A DNA stretch of 64,000 bases from the human T2T-CHM13v2.0 reference genome, Homo sapiens. Below the pieces are notes generated by a model. It saw nothing but the letters and a program-made list of their open reading frames with translations, searched no databases and was not told the origin of the DNA. Made by a program: the position numbers and the translations under genes. The DNA lies in NCBI RefSeq assembly GCF_009914755.1, contig NC_060928.1. One strand, written 5' to 3'. Shown here in pieces: positions 44,173-56,889 of the stretch. How positions within the stretch are numbered: the stretch's first letter is position 1; each line of letters opens with the position of its first letter.

Positions 44173-44483
44173 TTTTGTTTTGTTTTGTTTTTTCATTTTT
44201 TTGAGAAGGAGTTTTGCTCTGTTGACCAGGCTGGAGTGCAATGGCGCGATCTCAGCTCACTGCTAACTCCGCCTCCCGGGTTCACGCCATTTTCCCATCT
44301 CAGCCTCCTGAGCAGCTAGGATTACAGGCACCCTCCATCACGCCCAGCTAATTTTTGTATTTTTGTAGAGATGGGGTTTCACCATGTTGGCCAGGCCGGT
44401 CTCAAACTGTTGACCTGAGGTGATCCACCGGCCTCATCCTCCCAAAGTGCTGGGATTACAGGCGTGAGCCACCATGCCCAGCC
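44173..44483 (-). mobile_element. AluS
   Basis: (GTTTT)n/T tail; Alu body ending accatgcccagcc. Confidence 0.94.
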
Positions 44484-46684
44484 TGTGGTCTTATTTCATT
44501 TGCTTAATGACTAAGGTGTCAAGCATGATTCTATGTGCTTTTTTGCCACCTGTATATCTTCTTTTAAGAAGTGCCTGCTTAAATCGTTTGCCCATTTCTT
44601 GCATCTTTTGTTTGGTTTTCTATCACTAAGCTCACTAAGCCTTTTTTTTTTGGCTAAGTTTTGAAAGTCTCCTTATATATTCTGTATACAAATTTGTTAT
44701 CACGTGTGAGTTGTGAATATTTGATCTTAGTCTGTAAATGGACTTTTGCCCACAGTTTTGCTCTGATTTTGTATAAATTTTATGGTTTTAGGTTTTAAGA
44801 GTAAGAACTATAGATCTATTTTGCACTAAGTTTTGTACACAATGTGAGATGTGGATTGAATTTTATTTTTGCATATACATATCCAATTGTTCCAGTACGA
44901 TTCGTCAAAAGACATTCCTTTCTAAAGGCTAAATTGTCATTAAAATTTGTCAAAAATCAATTGACCATTAAGTGTATTATTGGATTATCTATTTTGTACC
45001 CTTAATTTATATGTTTATGTTGATGCCAATACCAATACCTTTATTAGTGTAGCTTTATATAATAATAAATATAAAGTCAAGTAGTATAAATCATCAGCAT
45101 TTATTCCTCCTTTTAAAAACTATGTTGGCTGTTCTAATATTTACATAAATTTTAAAATTTAGCTTACCAGTTTCTAGTTAAAAAAAAAAAGCCAGTTTAA
45201 ACTTTAATTGGGATTGCACTAAATTTATACAACAAATTTTGGAGATTTCACATATGAGTAATATTGAGCTTTCTGATCTATTAATATGGTATGACACATC
45301 TTTTATTAAATAGGTCCTTTTTAATTTTCCTTATGACTGTTCTGTAGCTTTCAGTACACAGATATTTTACACTTTTTTGAATATATCCCTAAATATTAGA
45401 TATTTGTAAAGCTATTATAATTGGTGTCTTCAAATTTCAGCCTCCAATTGTTCATTGCTAGTATATAAGCAATATATTTCCATTTATTGATGGTATACCT
45501 TGCAACTTTTCTAAATTCATTAAAAATTTTTGGCCAATTCCAATGGAGTTTTTTATATAGGTGATTTTGCAATCTGTAAATACAGTTTTACTTGTTCTCT
45601 CTAAATCTGTAGTTTTTACATTTTTTCTTTGGTTTATTGCAATGGCTAGAATCTCTAATACAATATAAAAAATATTTACAGTAAATTTTCATGCCTTGTA
45701 TCTGTTAGTTGAAAAATATTTAGCTTTTATCAAATATGTTGTTAATAGTTTTTTTCATAGCTTGAAAAAATTTACTTCTATTTAAGTCTGCTGAGGGCTT
45801 TTGTGGTTTTTTTTTGTTTGTGCTCTTTTTTTTTTAAATCAGAAATGGATATTAGATCAACTGCATTGCAAAGATGATCATACAGATTTTTTTCAATCTG
45901 TCAATGTGGTATATTGCAGAGGGTTATTTTTAAATGGTAAGCCAACCTTGCATTCTGCCAGGTCCGTCCCACAGGCCCTGGTTGAGCGACGGATGAAAGG
46001 AGTACTCAGACACAGGTATGCAGTGTAAGAGCAGCTTGGGGACTGCCTGGCACTAATGGCTGAAGAGTGAGCAGTCTTGAACAGCTGAAGTTGCTTGCTT
46101 TTATTCAGTACAGACATAACGCTGAAAGCCTGGAGCCAACACAATCTGTGAGTAATTAACATTACTGTCCCCCCATTCAGGTAGCAGTCTCATGCAGGGA
46201 TGATCAAAGGTTGGTTTCCAGACAAAATAAGTAAACAAGGCTGTTTACAATAAATTCCCCAACACTTCCTTGTACCTATCCCTCACCCTCTGCCTCAGGG
46301 TAAGAGAACAGCTGCCTTCAGCTTATTCTCCACCAAAGTTATGCAGAGCCTTCCAACCTCTCAAAAGGCCTGCTCCTTTCCCTGTAGCTGCTCTCACCAC
46401 TCTGACAAATCTCCTACATCTCCCCCTTTTCTGTTGTTTGCATCAGGTTTTTTGATTCAAGAGTACAGATGTGTCCAGCAACAGGTTTGACAGGCTTAGC
46501 AGTTACAGCTCATGTTCCGGCTTTGCATCCTAGAATTAGTAAATAACATAAGACAAACATTAGCATAATCAGTAATATTCTTTTCCAATCACAGAGTGGT
46601 ATGTAGCGTTACTTGGCACCTCAGTCCAATGTGTGCTGTTACTAAGGAACCCCACTGAGGGTATGTCAACCCCTCCCAAATACT

Positions 46685-47260
46685 CAAAAGTATTTGCTCT
46701 GTTGGAGCTGCCAGTAAGACATCATCCAGATAATGGATGATCTTGCAATTAGGAAATTCTTTTCTACTGGGGGGCAAAGCCTGATTTGCATGATACTGAC
46801 ACATGGTAGGACTGTCTGGCATTCCTTGAGGAAGTACTTTCCGATGAAATCGGCAAGCTGGGCTTTCATTATTGATGGCTGATATTGTAAACACAAATTT
46901 TTCTCTGTCTTGCTTTGAGAGGGGAATAGTATAAAAGCAGTCTTTTAAGCCAATAATGACTACAGGCCAATCTTGAGGAATCACTGCAAGGCAAGGGAGC
47001 TCCTGTTGAAGGAGCCCCATAGGTTGCAAATTAGCATTGATAGCATGTAAGTCATGCAAAAGTCTCCATTTATCAGACTTTTTGGGAATGGTGAAAATGG
47101 GTGAATTCCAAGGGCTGTTTGATGGTTCTATATGGCCAGCTTTTAATTGTTCCTCTGTAATTTATGGGCTCACTGTAATTTATCTCCCTTTAAAGGCCAC
47201 TGTTCTACCCAAATAGGATTTTGAAAGAGCCATGTTAGGGGTAGGGGAGGAACTGTGGCC
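46685..47260 (-). pseudogene. pol: HML-5 pol (reverse transcriptase) remnant
   Basis: [10 protein letters not shown]...VLPQGM..SPTMCQ...IIHYLDD motifs. Confidence 0.9.
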
Positions 47261-47293
47261 AGTAATAGAAAGGGGTCATAAGGAAATTTTCTG

Positions 47294-47932
47294 CTATGGC
47301 CTCACCTCAATTAATCCTTTTGCAAATGGGATAGTGGCTCCATTTTTTCTAATGCTTTTTCTTATTTCATTGTAAGTGTTGAAAGTAATGGGTTCATATA
47401 CTAGATTGCTTTGTTGATCTTGCATCACTGGGCAGGCCAAGAGCTCCCCTTGTAATGCTGCTTGCCTAAGACAGGGTCCCATAACTGTAGTGTATCCCTT
47501 GTCTTTTTTCCAATTTATTGGAGGAGGGGGCTCTGGTAAAACCTCCATTTCCTCTTTTGTATCTTTATCTGGTAACAGTGGGGCTGAGGGAGGAGGAAGA
47601 GGCAGTAAGGTAGGTTATGGTTCCTCCTCCCTTCCCTTTTTAGGTTCTTCTTTGTAGAGCCGGGCCAAAGCATCCCTGACTAATGCCCACAACGTTAAAT
47701 ATATTACTGGGCCCCGTTGCCCTTGTGCATGATGTTGTTTAAGATTTCTCCCCACTTGCTCCCAGAGCTCTAGGTCTAGCGTGCTTTCTTCTGGGAACCA
47801 TGAGTTATGAAAAACAACAGTTTGCATTAGGTCCCTTAATTGAGCCTGTGAAACCAAGGCTCCACTAGCTTTAAGCAACTGTTTCAATACTTTTATATAC
47901 TGTTGCTGTTGAGCTGATAACTGTTGTCCCAT
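47294..47932 (-). pseudogene. gag: HML-5 gag remnant (matrix to start of capsid)
   Basis: MGQQLSAQQQQYIKVLKQLLKASG...WFPEESTLDLELWEQVG; proline-rich linker; PVMQDQ...YEPI...PFAKGLIE. Confidence 0.88.
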
Positions 47933-48055
47933 GATGAATCCCTATCTTGAATATTCCCTTGAACTTGAAAGTCATGAGCAGGCACCAATTATTTACTGAC
48001 TGTGCAGTCTCTTCACCTTTGTTTTTGAGGGTTCTGTCACAATCCATTGCAGGAT

Positions 48056-48073
48056 TCCTCAAACAGGGCACCA
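48056..48073 (-). promoter_or_regulatory. Primer-binding site for elongator tRNA-Met
   Basis: TGGTGCCCTGTTTGAGGA versus the recalled complement of the tRNA-Met 3' end, TGGTGCCCCGTGTGAGGA (2 mismatches). Confidence 0.85.
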
Positions 48074-48559
48074 TCTGCTGGGTCTGTCCCGCAGACCCCA
48101 GCCGAGTGATGGATGAAAGGAGTACTCAGACACAGGTATGTAGTGTAAAAGCAGCTAGGGGACTGCCAGGCATTAATGGCCGAAGAGTGAGCAGTCTCGA
48201 ACAGCTGACGTTGCTTACTTTTATTCAGTACAGACATAATGCCAAAAACCTGGAGCCAACACAATCTGTGGGTAATTAACATTATTGTTCTTCCATTCAG
48301 GGAGCAGTCTTGCACGTGGATGATTCAGACAACGTAAGTAAACAAGCCTGTTTACAAAATATTCCCCCACATTTTCTTGTACCTATTCCTCGCTCTCTGC
48401 CTCAGGGTAAGAGAACAGCTGCCTTCAGCTTATTCTCCCCCAAAGCTATGCAGAGCCTTCCAACCTTTCAGAAGGCCTGCTCCTTTCCCTGTAGCTTCTC
48501 CCACCACTCTGACAGATCTCCTACAGCACTCATGAGATAATATCCAGTTGGTAAATATA

Positions 48560-48808
48560 TAGAGTTTATTTTGGTGGTTATGTTCTATAAAGTCAGTGTA
48601 AATATTGAGTTATCAAAGATTGACTCATTGCTTTTAGAGGAAATACAGATTTAGCTTCTCGTGTGCCACTGGGAGCAACATTTTCATTGAACAATCAGTA
48701 CATAGCCTTGTTTTTCATGTGTTTCCGTTTAAGGCCACTTTGCTTAATCAATATTGTGGGTTCATTAAAATTATGACTGTCAACACCATAACTTTAATGA
48801 AGCTTATC

Positions 48809-48850
<42 letters not shown>

Positions 48851-50676
48851 TTTCCATTAGCCTTCTTGCAATTTTGCAATTAAGAAATAAGACAGTGGGG
48901 TGTTGAAGTTCCCCACAACTATTGTGTGGCTAAGTGTTTTTGTAGGTCTAGAAGTACTTGTTTCATAGACCTGGGTGCTCCAATATTGGGTGGATATATA
49001 ATTAGGACAGTGAAGTCTTCTTTTTGAATTGAACCCTTTATCATTATGTAATGACCTTAATTGAGCTTTTTTGCTGTTGTTGGTTTAGTCTTTTTTTATC
49101 TGATATAAGAAGACCACATAAATTTGTGCTCCATTTGTGTGACAGATCTTTCTCTACTCCTTTACTTTAAGGTATAAGTGTCATTAAATGTGAGATGGGT
49201 CTCTTCAAGACAGAGGATGGAGGGGTCTTGTTTTCTTATTCAACTTGCAATTCTGTGTCTTTTAAGAGATAACCTAGGAAACACCATTCTGGACATTGGA
49301 CTTCAGGATGAATTTATGACTAAAAGCAATTGCACAAAACCAAAAATTGACAAGTGGGACCTACTTACACTAAAGAGTTTCTACAGAGCAAAGGAAATTA
49401 TCAACATTATAAACAGGCAACCTACAGAAGGAAGGAAATACTCACAAACTGTGCATCCAACAAAGGACTATTATCCACAATCCATAAAGAGCTTAAACAA
49501 TTCAACAAACAAAACCAAATAACTCCATTAAAAACTAGGCAAAAGACATGAATAGACACTTCTCAAAAGAAGACCTGCAAATGGCCAAGAAATATATGAA
49601 GAGGTGCTCAATATCACTAATCATCAGTGAAATGCAAATTAAAACCACAATGAGAAATGGTCTCACACCAATCAGAATGGCAGTTATTAAAAAATCAGAA
49701 ACAACAGACAAACAAAACATTTGCTAGGAAGGCTATAGACAGAGAAAAGGGAGTACTTATGAACTGTTTTTGGGAATTTAAATTAGTTCAGCCACTATAG
49801 AAAGTAGTTTGGGGATTTCTTAAAGAACTTAGAACTACCATTTGACCCAGCAATCCCATTACAAGCTATATATCAAAAGTAAAACAAATCATTCTACTGA
49901 AAAGGCACATTCACTCATATGTTCATTGCAGTGCTATTCACAATAGCATAGACATGGAATCAACCTAAGTGCCCATCAATGTTGGATTGGACAAAAAAAA
50001 CATGAAACATGTACACCATGGAAACCTGTACAGGCATAAAAATTAACAAAATTATGTCCTTTGCAGCAATATGGATGTAGCTGGAAGCCATTATCCTAAG
50101 CAAATTAATGCAGAAACAGAAAACCAAATACCGCATGTTATCACTTATAAGTTGGAATTTACTCATGGACATAAAGGTGTCAACAGTAGTCACTGGGGAC
50201 TACTGACAGGGAGGTAGGGAAAGGTACAAGGGTTCAAAAATAAACTGTTGGGTATTATGCTCACTACCTAGGTGATGAGATGATAATAGAAGTTGAACTT
50301 ATTTAAAAAGTTTTTAAAAAATTTTAAAAACAAAGAAACAAGACAGCACTTCAGCACCATACTCAGGACCATTTTAAACAGCAGTTACCAAGACAATGCA
50401 CAAAAATTGGATGAGAAAAGCAAACATTCTGCACTACTAAGTAGAAAGATAATAGGACATTTATTTACACTAGGAGAGCAGAAACAAGAAGGCAGAGCAT
50501 CACTTTAATTTTATCTTAGGTGAGAATATGAGTGTCAGGTAACTCATATTTTTGACCTCTCTGTGCATGTCTATAAATTACTGTAATAGCAGAGTATTAA
50601 GTATGAGGTTGATAATAAATTTTAGCCAGTAAGCAAACTAGTAAGTATAAAATCCATGAATAATGAGGACCAACTG
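48560..50676 (+). mobile_element. MER82 (Tigger-family) DNA element split by an L1PB
   Basis: gttatgttctataaagtc... left half; agacagcacttcagcacc...aatccatgaataatgaggaccaactg right half. Confidence 0.75.
48896..50332 (+). mobile_element. L1PB-like insertion with inverted 5' segment (48896-~49262 minus, remainder plus)
   Basis: 14-bp TSD aagaaa(t/c)aagacag at 48882-48895 and 50333-50346 brackets both orientations. Confidence 0.88.
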
Positions 50677-51525
50677 TGTACATACTTCTGTATATCGTTG
50701 GGGTTTGTTAGCTATACTTAAAAGAATAATTGCATCTGTGGTGATGAAACATATTGGAATGTGATTACATTTTATTTATCTTCTTGATGTATTTATTAGG
50801 TAACAGAGTAATGCAGACACCATAAAATAAAGAAGTATGCCCTCCCCCTCAATCTTTTCAAGAAATGTGTAGAATTAGAATGATTTCACTCTTAGTTATT
50901 TGGCAAATATTGTTTTCAATATCAATCAGCTGAGTCTTGAGGGAGTTTTTGTTTCTATATTTGTTGAAGGGTTTTAACTGTAAATTTATTTTCTTTAATA
51001 ATTTAAAGCCCTATTCAAATTATTTATTTCTTCTTGAGTGAGAATTTTTAGTTCATATATTTTAAGTAATATGGCCATTTTATATCGGTTATTGAATTTG
51101 TTCACCTAAATTTGTTCATAATATTTTCTTCTTATCCTTTTAATATATGTAGAATCTATCTATCATAATGGCATCTCCTCATTTCTGATACTGGTAAATT
51201 GTGTCTTTTCCCTCTTTTTAAACTTGGTCGGGTGAGAGGTTTATAAAATTTATTAATCTTCCCAAATAACAGACCTTAATTTCTAAATTGATTTTCTTCA
51301 TTATTTATGTTTTCAATTTTATTAATTGCCACATGCTTTTTAATATTTTCTTTTTTTGATTACTTTGGGCTTCGTCTATTCTGTGTCTGTTTTCTTAAAG
51401 TGGAAGCTGAGATAGCTGACTTTTCTTTTTAGATATAAGAATTCAGTGTGATAAATTCCCTCTTATATATTGCTAAGTTCAAAGCACTTTTTAATTTTAT
51501 TTTGGACTTCTTAGGTACATAGTAG

Positions 51526-51916
51526 TATAGACTGCATTGTGTTCTTCTGAAATTCTCATGATGAACTATGAATCCCTGGTGTCTCAGAAAGTGACTATAT
51601 TTGGAAATAGATCCTTTATAGTGATAATTAAGGTTAATGAAGTCATATGGCTCTATTCCAATCTGACTGGTGTTCTTACAAGAAAAGGAAATTGTAATGT
51701 ATAAACACCAGGGATGCATTTGCACAGAGGAAAGACCTTGTGAGGACACAGCAAGAAGGTGGCCATCTGCAAGTCAAAGAAAGAGGTCTCAGAAGAAACC
51801 AACTGTGAAGACATTGATCTTAGACTTCTAGCCTCCAGAACTGTGAAAAAATAAATTTCTTTTTTTTAAGATAACTAGTGTGTCGTGTTTTGTATGGCAG
51901 TCCTAGCAATCTAATA
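51526..51916 (+). mobile_element. MLT1B-like solo LTR
   Basis: gtgactatatttggaaatag...gaggacacagcaagaaggtggccatctgcaag...gacttctagcctccagaactgtga. Confidence 0.82.
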
Positions 51917-52175
51917 TATGTAGGTAATTTAGAAGTGTTATCTAGTTCTAAAATATTTGAAAATTTTGTAGACATCTTTCTGTTGGTGATTTCTTAATTC
52001 TACCGTGGTTAGAAAACATAGTCCTTTAACTTGATTGACAGAACTCTTATTCCCCACTACGTGGGCTCTCTTAGCAGTCACCCAGTGTGGACTAGGATAA
52101 AATATATTTTTCATGCTTTTTATGTGGAGTAAAAGCAAAAATTTCAATTAGGTCAAGTTGATTGTAGGTGTTGCC

Positions 52176-52415
52176 CATGATTCGGCTCTCTGTTTGTCTG
52201 TTATTGGTGTATAGGAATGCCTGTGATTTGTGCACATTGATTTTGTATCCTGAGACTTTGCTGAAGTTGCTTATTAGCTTAAGGAGATTTTGGGCTGAGT
52301 CAATGGGGTTTTCTAAATACACAATCATGTCATCTGCAAACAGAGACATTTTGACTTCGTCTCTTCCTATGTGAATACTCTTCGTTGCTTTCTCTTGCCT
52401 GATTGCCCTGGCCAG
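52176..52415 (-). mobile_element. 240-bp L1PA ORF2 (RT) fragment with no poly-A or evident TSD
   Basis: [15 protein letters not shown] peptide; colinear with 55538-55777. Confidence 0.9.
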
Positions 52416-53379
52416 GCAATCAATTTGCCAAATCTCTGTCTAGTTGGTCTCTCAATTTTTGAGACAGAGATGTTGAAATCTGCAACAATTATTGTGGATT
52501 TGTCTGTTTCTTCCTTCCTTCAGTTCATGCTTCACGTATTTCAAATTCCTGTTATAGGTACATAGTCCTTTAGGATAATTAATTCCTCTGGATAAATTGC
52601 CTAATTTATCATTATAAAGCAAGCTTTTTATCCACAGTAATGTTCTTTGCTAAAATCTGCCTTGTCTGGTGTTAGCATTTCTAGCATCCTTCAGTTTGAT
52701 GTAATTGTGGTATGCCTTTTTGCATTTCTTCACCATTAAATGTGTGTGGCTTTATTATTTAAGTTTGGTTTCTATAGGCATCATATAGTTGGAACTTGCT
52801 TTTTTATAATTTAATTTGAAAATCTCTACTTCTTAATTTTGTGTTTATATTACCTACGTTAAATGAGATGAGATTGCTGATGACTGCAGTGCTCAGGGGT
52901 TTCATGTGGTGGTTAATCAATCTTCCCAGAGGTGACTTCTCGACTTTTGTCTGATTAATGTCAAAGATGAATCCTAGGAGTTTTAGGCAACATCTAATGC
53001 CGAGGCAGTTTATTATGACAGCACTTTTACAAGATGGCTAGCAGGAGCACGTGGGTGGCAAGGGCCACATAAAGTTGGGATTCAGCTGTTCACCTGACTG
53101 GGAGAATCTTTGTCTGGAGACCTTCCTCAGAGAATGGAGAGTTTTTCCCTCTTTCTTATACCTGAATTTAATCTGAGTCAGTAATCAGGTGTTTTTCTTT
53201 TTTTTTTTTTTTTTTTTTGTAAAGGGAACTTTAACTATTTTTTATTCTATTTTGTCCAGTGTTTGTAAAACTTATATATTTTCTTTCAGTTATTTAAAAT
53301 TTATTTCAGTATGCAGCATATATCCAGTCCCTATTACTCTATCTTGTTTGGAGGTGGAGGCCTATTTTAATAATGATTT

Positions 53380-53710
53380 GAAGCAGCTATTATAAATGTA
53401 TTCAAGGATTCAACTTGCTTAGTGAATATCATCAAAGAACAGATAGGAATCCTAAGCTGAGAAATGAAAACTATGTAAAATAACCAAATGAAAAATTTAA
53501 AAATAAAAAATTCAATATCTAAACATTCAAAAATTAATTTGATGGGAGTAACAGCAGAGTGGAGATTACTGAAAAAACATGGTCGGTAAACATGATCATA
53601 GATAATACATATTATCCAATCTGAAAGACAGAGAAAAATATTTGAAAACAAAATGCAGATTGTCAGGGACCTGAAGTACTATATCAATAGGTCTAAAATA
53701 TATGTACTAT
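53380..53710 (+). mobile_element. Old L1M ORF1 fragment
   Basis: cagctattataaatgtattcaag...aaccaaatgaaaa...gatgggagtaacagcaga. Confidence 0.6.
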
Positions 53711-53789
53711 TTGCCCATATATAACTTAAAAATATAAAGCTATACATTGAAAATTTGCAAAGAGGTAAAAGAATGCTAGAGTTTATGTA

Positions 53790-56240
53790 TGTGTGTGTGT
53801 TAAGTTCTGGGTTACATGTGCAGAATGTGCAGTTTTGTTACGTAGGTATACATGTGGCATGGTGGTTTGCTGCACCCATCAACCCGTAACCTACATTAGG
53901 TATTTCTCCTAGTGATATCCTTCCCTTAGCCCCACACCCCCCCACAGACCTTGGTGTGTGATATTCCCCTCCCTGTGTCCATGTGTTCTCATTGTTCAAC
54001 TCTCACTTATGAGTGAGAACATACAGTGTTTGGTTTTCTGATATTGTGATAGTTTACTGAGAATGATGGTTTCCAGCTTCATCTATGTTCCTGCAAAGGA
54101 CATGAACTCATCCTTTTTTATGGCTGCATAGTATTCCGTGGTGTATATGTACCACATTTTCTTAATCCAGTCTGTCATTGATGGACATTTGGGTTGGCTC
54201 CAAGTCTTTGCTATTGTGAACAGTGCCACAATAAACATATGTGTGCCTGTCTCTTTATCGTAGAATGATTTACAATCCTTTGGGTATATGCCCAGTAATG
54301 GGATTGCTCGGTCAAATGGTATTTCTAGTTTTAAATCCTTGAGGAATTGCCACACTGTCTTCCATAGCAGTTAAACTAATTTACACTCCCACCGACAGTG
54401 TAAAATCATTCCTATTTTTCCACAATCTCTCCAGCATCTGTTTAACTTTTTAATGATAGCCATTCTAACTGGCGTGAGATGGTATCTCATTGTGGTTTTG
54501 ATTTGCATTTCTCTGATGACTAGTGATGATGAGCATTTTTTCATATGTCTGTTGACTGCATAAATGTCTTCTTTTGAGAAGTGTCTGTTCATATCCTTTG
54601 TCCATTTTTTGGTGGGATTGTTTGCTTTTTTCTTGTATATTTGTTTAAGTTCTTTGTAGATTCTGGATATTAGCCCTTTGTCAGATGGATAGATTGCAAA
54701 AATTTTCTCCCAATCCGTAGGGTGCCTGTTCACTCTGATGATAGTTTCTTTTGCTGTGAAGAAGCCCTTTAGTTTAATTAGATCTCATTTGTCTATTTTG
54801 GCTTTTGTTGCCATTGCTTTTGGTGTTTTAGACGTGAAATCTTTGCCCATGCCTATGTTCTGAATGGTACTGTCCAGGTTTTCTTCTAGGATTTTTATGG
54901 TCCTAGGTCTTACGTTTAAGTCTTTGATCCATCTTGAGTTGATTTTTCTATAAGGTGTAAGGAAGGGGTCCAGATTGAGTTTTCTGCATATGGCTAGCCA
55001 GTTTTCCCAACACCGTTTATTAAATAAGGAATCTTTTCTCCATTGCTTCTGTGTGTCAGGTTTGTCAAAGATCAGATGGTGGTAGACGTGTGGTGTTATT
55101 TCTGAGGCCTCCATTCTATTCCATTGGTCTATATATCTGTTATGGTACCAGCACCATGCTGTTTTGGTTACTGTAGCCTTGTCATATAGTTGAAGTCAGG
55201 TAACGTGATAATTCCAGCTTTGTTCTTCTTGCCCAGGATTGTCTTAGCTATGTGGGCTGTTTTTTGATTTCATATGAAGAGTAGCTTTTTCCAATTCTGT
55301 GAAGAAAGTCAGTGGTAGCTTGATGGGAATACCATTGAATCTATAAATTACTTTGAGCAGTAAGGTCATTTTCATGGTATTGATTCTTCCTATCCATGAG
55401 CATGGAATGTTTTTCCATTTGTTTGTGTCCTCTCTCATTTTCTTGAGCAGTGTTTTGAGGAGGTCCTTCACATCCCTTGCAAGTTGTATTTCTAGGTATC
55501 TTATTCTCTTTGTAGGAATTGTGAATGGGAGTTCACTCATGATTCGGCTCTCTGTTTGTCTGTTATTGGTGTATAGGAATGCGTGTGATTTTTGCACACT
55601 GATTTTGTATCCTGAGATTTTGCTGAAGTTGCTTATTAGCTTAAGGAGATTTTGGGCTGAGATGATGGGGTTTTCTAAATATACAATCATGTCATCTGCA
55701 AACAGAGACATTTCAACTTCCTCTCTTCCTATTTGAATACACTTTGTTGCTTTCTCTTGCCTAATTGCCCTGGCCAGAACTTCCAATACTGTGTTGAAAT
55801 AGGAGTGGTGAGAGAGGGGATCCTTGTCTTGTGCTGGTTTTCAAAGGGAATGCTTTCAGTTTTTGCGCATTTAGTATTATATTGGCTGTGGGTTTGTCAT
55901 AAACACCTCTTATTATTTAAAGATACGTTCCATCAATACCTAGTTTATTGAGTGTTTTAAGCATTAAAGGCTGTTGAATTTTGTCGAAGGCCTTTTCTGC
56001 ATCTATTGAGATAATCATGTGTTTTTTGTCATTGGATCTGTTTATGTGATGGACTACATTTATTGATTTGCATATGTTGAATCAGCCTTGCATCCCAGGG
56101 ATGAAGCCAACTTGATTATGATGCATAAACTTTTTTACGTGCTACTGGATTCAGTTTGCCAGTATTTTATTAATGATTTTCACTTAGATTTTCATCAGGG
56201 ATATTGGCCTAAAATTGTCTTTTGTGTGTGTGTGTGTATG

Positions 56241-56278
<38 letters not shown>

Positions 56279-56889
56279 TGCCAGGCTTTGGTCAGGATGA
56301 TGCTGGCCTCATAAAATGAGTTAGGGAGGATTCCCTCTTTTTCTATTGATCAGAATAGTTTCAGAAGGAATGGTACCAGCTCCTCTTTGTACCTTCGGCA
56401 GAATTCGGCTGTGAATTCTGACGGTCCTGGACTTTTTGTGGTTGGTAGGCTATTAATTATTGCCTCAATTTCAGAATCTGTTATTGGTCTATTCTGAGAT
56501 TTAATTTCTTCCTGGTTTAGTCTTGGGAGGGTGTATGTGTCGAGGAATTTATCCATTTCTTCTAGATTTTATAGTTTATTTCATAGAGGTGTTTATAGTA
56601 TTCTCTGTTGGTAGTTTGTATTTCTGTAAGATCAGTGGTGATATCCCCTTTATCATTTTTTATTGTGTCTATTTGATCCTTCTCTCTTTTCTTATTTCTT
56701 AATCTTGCTAGAGGTCTATCAATTTTGTTGATCTTTTCAAAAAACCAGATCCTGGATTCACTGACTTTTTTGAAGGGTTTTTTTGCCTCCAACCTCAGTT
56801 GGAAATGCAGAAATCACTCGTCATCTGCGTCGATCTCCCTGGGAGATGCAGACCAGAGCTGTTCGTATTTGGCCACCTTGGAAGCGACC
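53790..56889 (-). mobile_element. L1PA (PA6-PA8-like): intact 5' terminus joined directly to mid-ORF2
   Basis: 5' end ggtcgcttccaaggtggccaaata...tttccaactgaggt (56889-56792), ORF2 peptides ([25 protein letters not shown]) and 3' UTR. Confidence 0.93.

Larger units (their letters stand above)
45956..48525 (-). mobile_element. Internally deleted HERV-K(HML-5)/LTR22 provirus
   Basis: Two LTRs (48076-48525 and 45956-46418, TGTAGGAGAT...CA), TSD gcattc/gcactc, PBS, PPT aaaagggggaga (~46419-46431), betaretroviral gag MA and RT remnants. Confidence 0.88.
42230..52860 (-). mobile_element. Long array of old L1M (MB/MC/ME) 3' and ORF2 sequence hosting Alu, HML-5, MER82, L1PB and MLT1 insertions
   Basis: T-rich antisense ORF2 motifs (ccaattgttccagtac, gggattgcactaaattt, ccaaccttgcattc, gagatgttgaaatctgcaac) resume after each insertion. 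Confidence 0.7.

Noticed and set aside
52870-53190. GC-richer segment between L1 fragments
   Set aside because: Probably an old LTR fragment, but I could not assign it and see no distinctive structure.
54083-56792. L1 ORF2 fragments as an active reverse transcriptase gene
   Set aside because: Broken into many frames, interrupted by a (TG)n tract, and missing ORF1 and the endonuclease domain.
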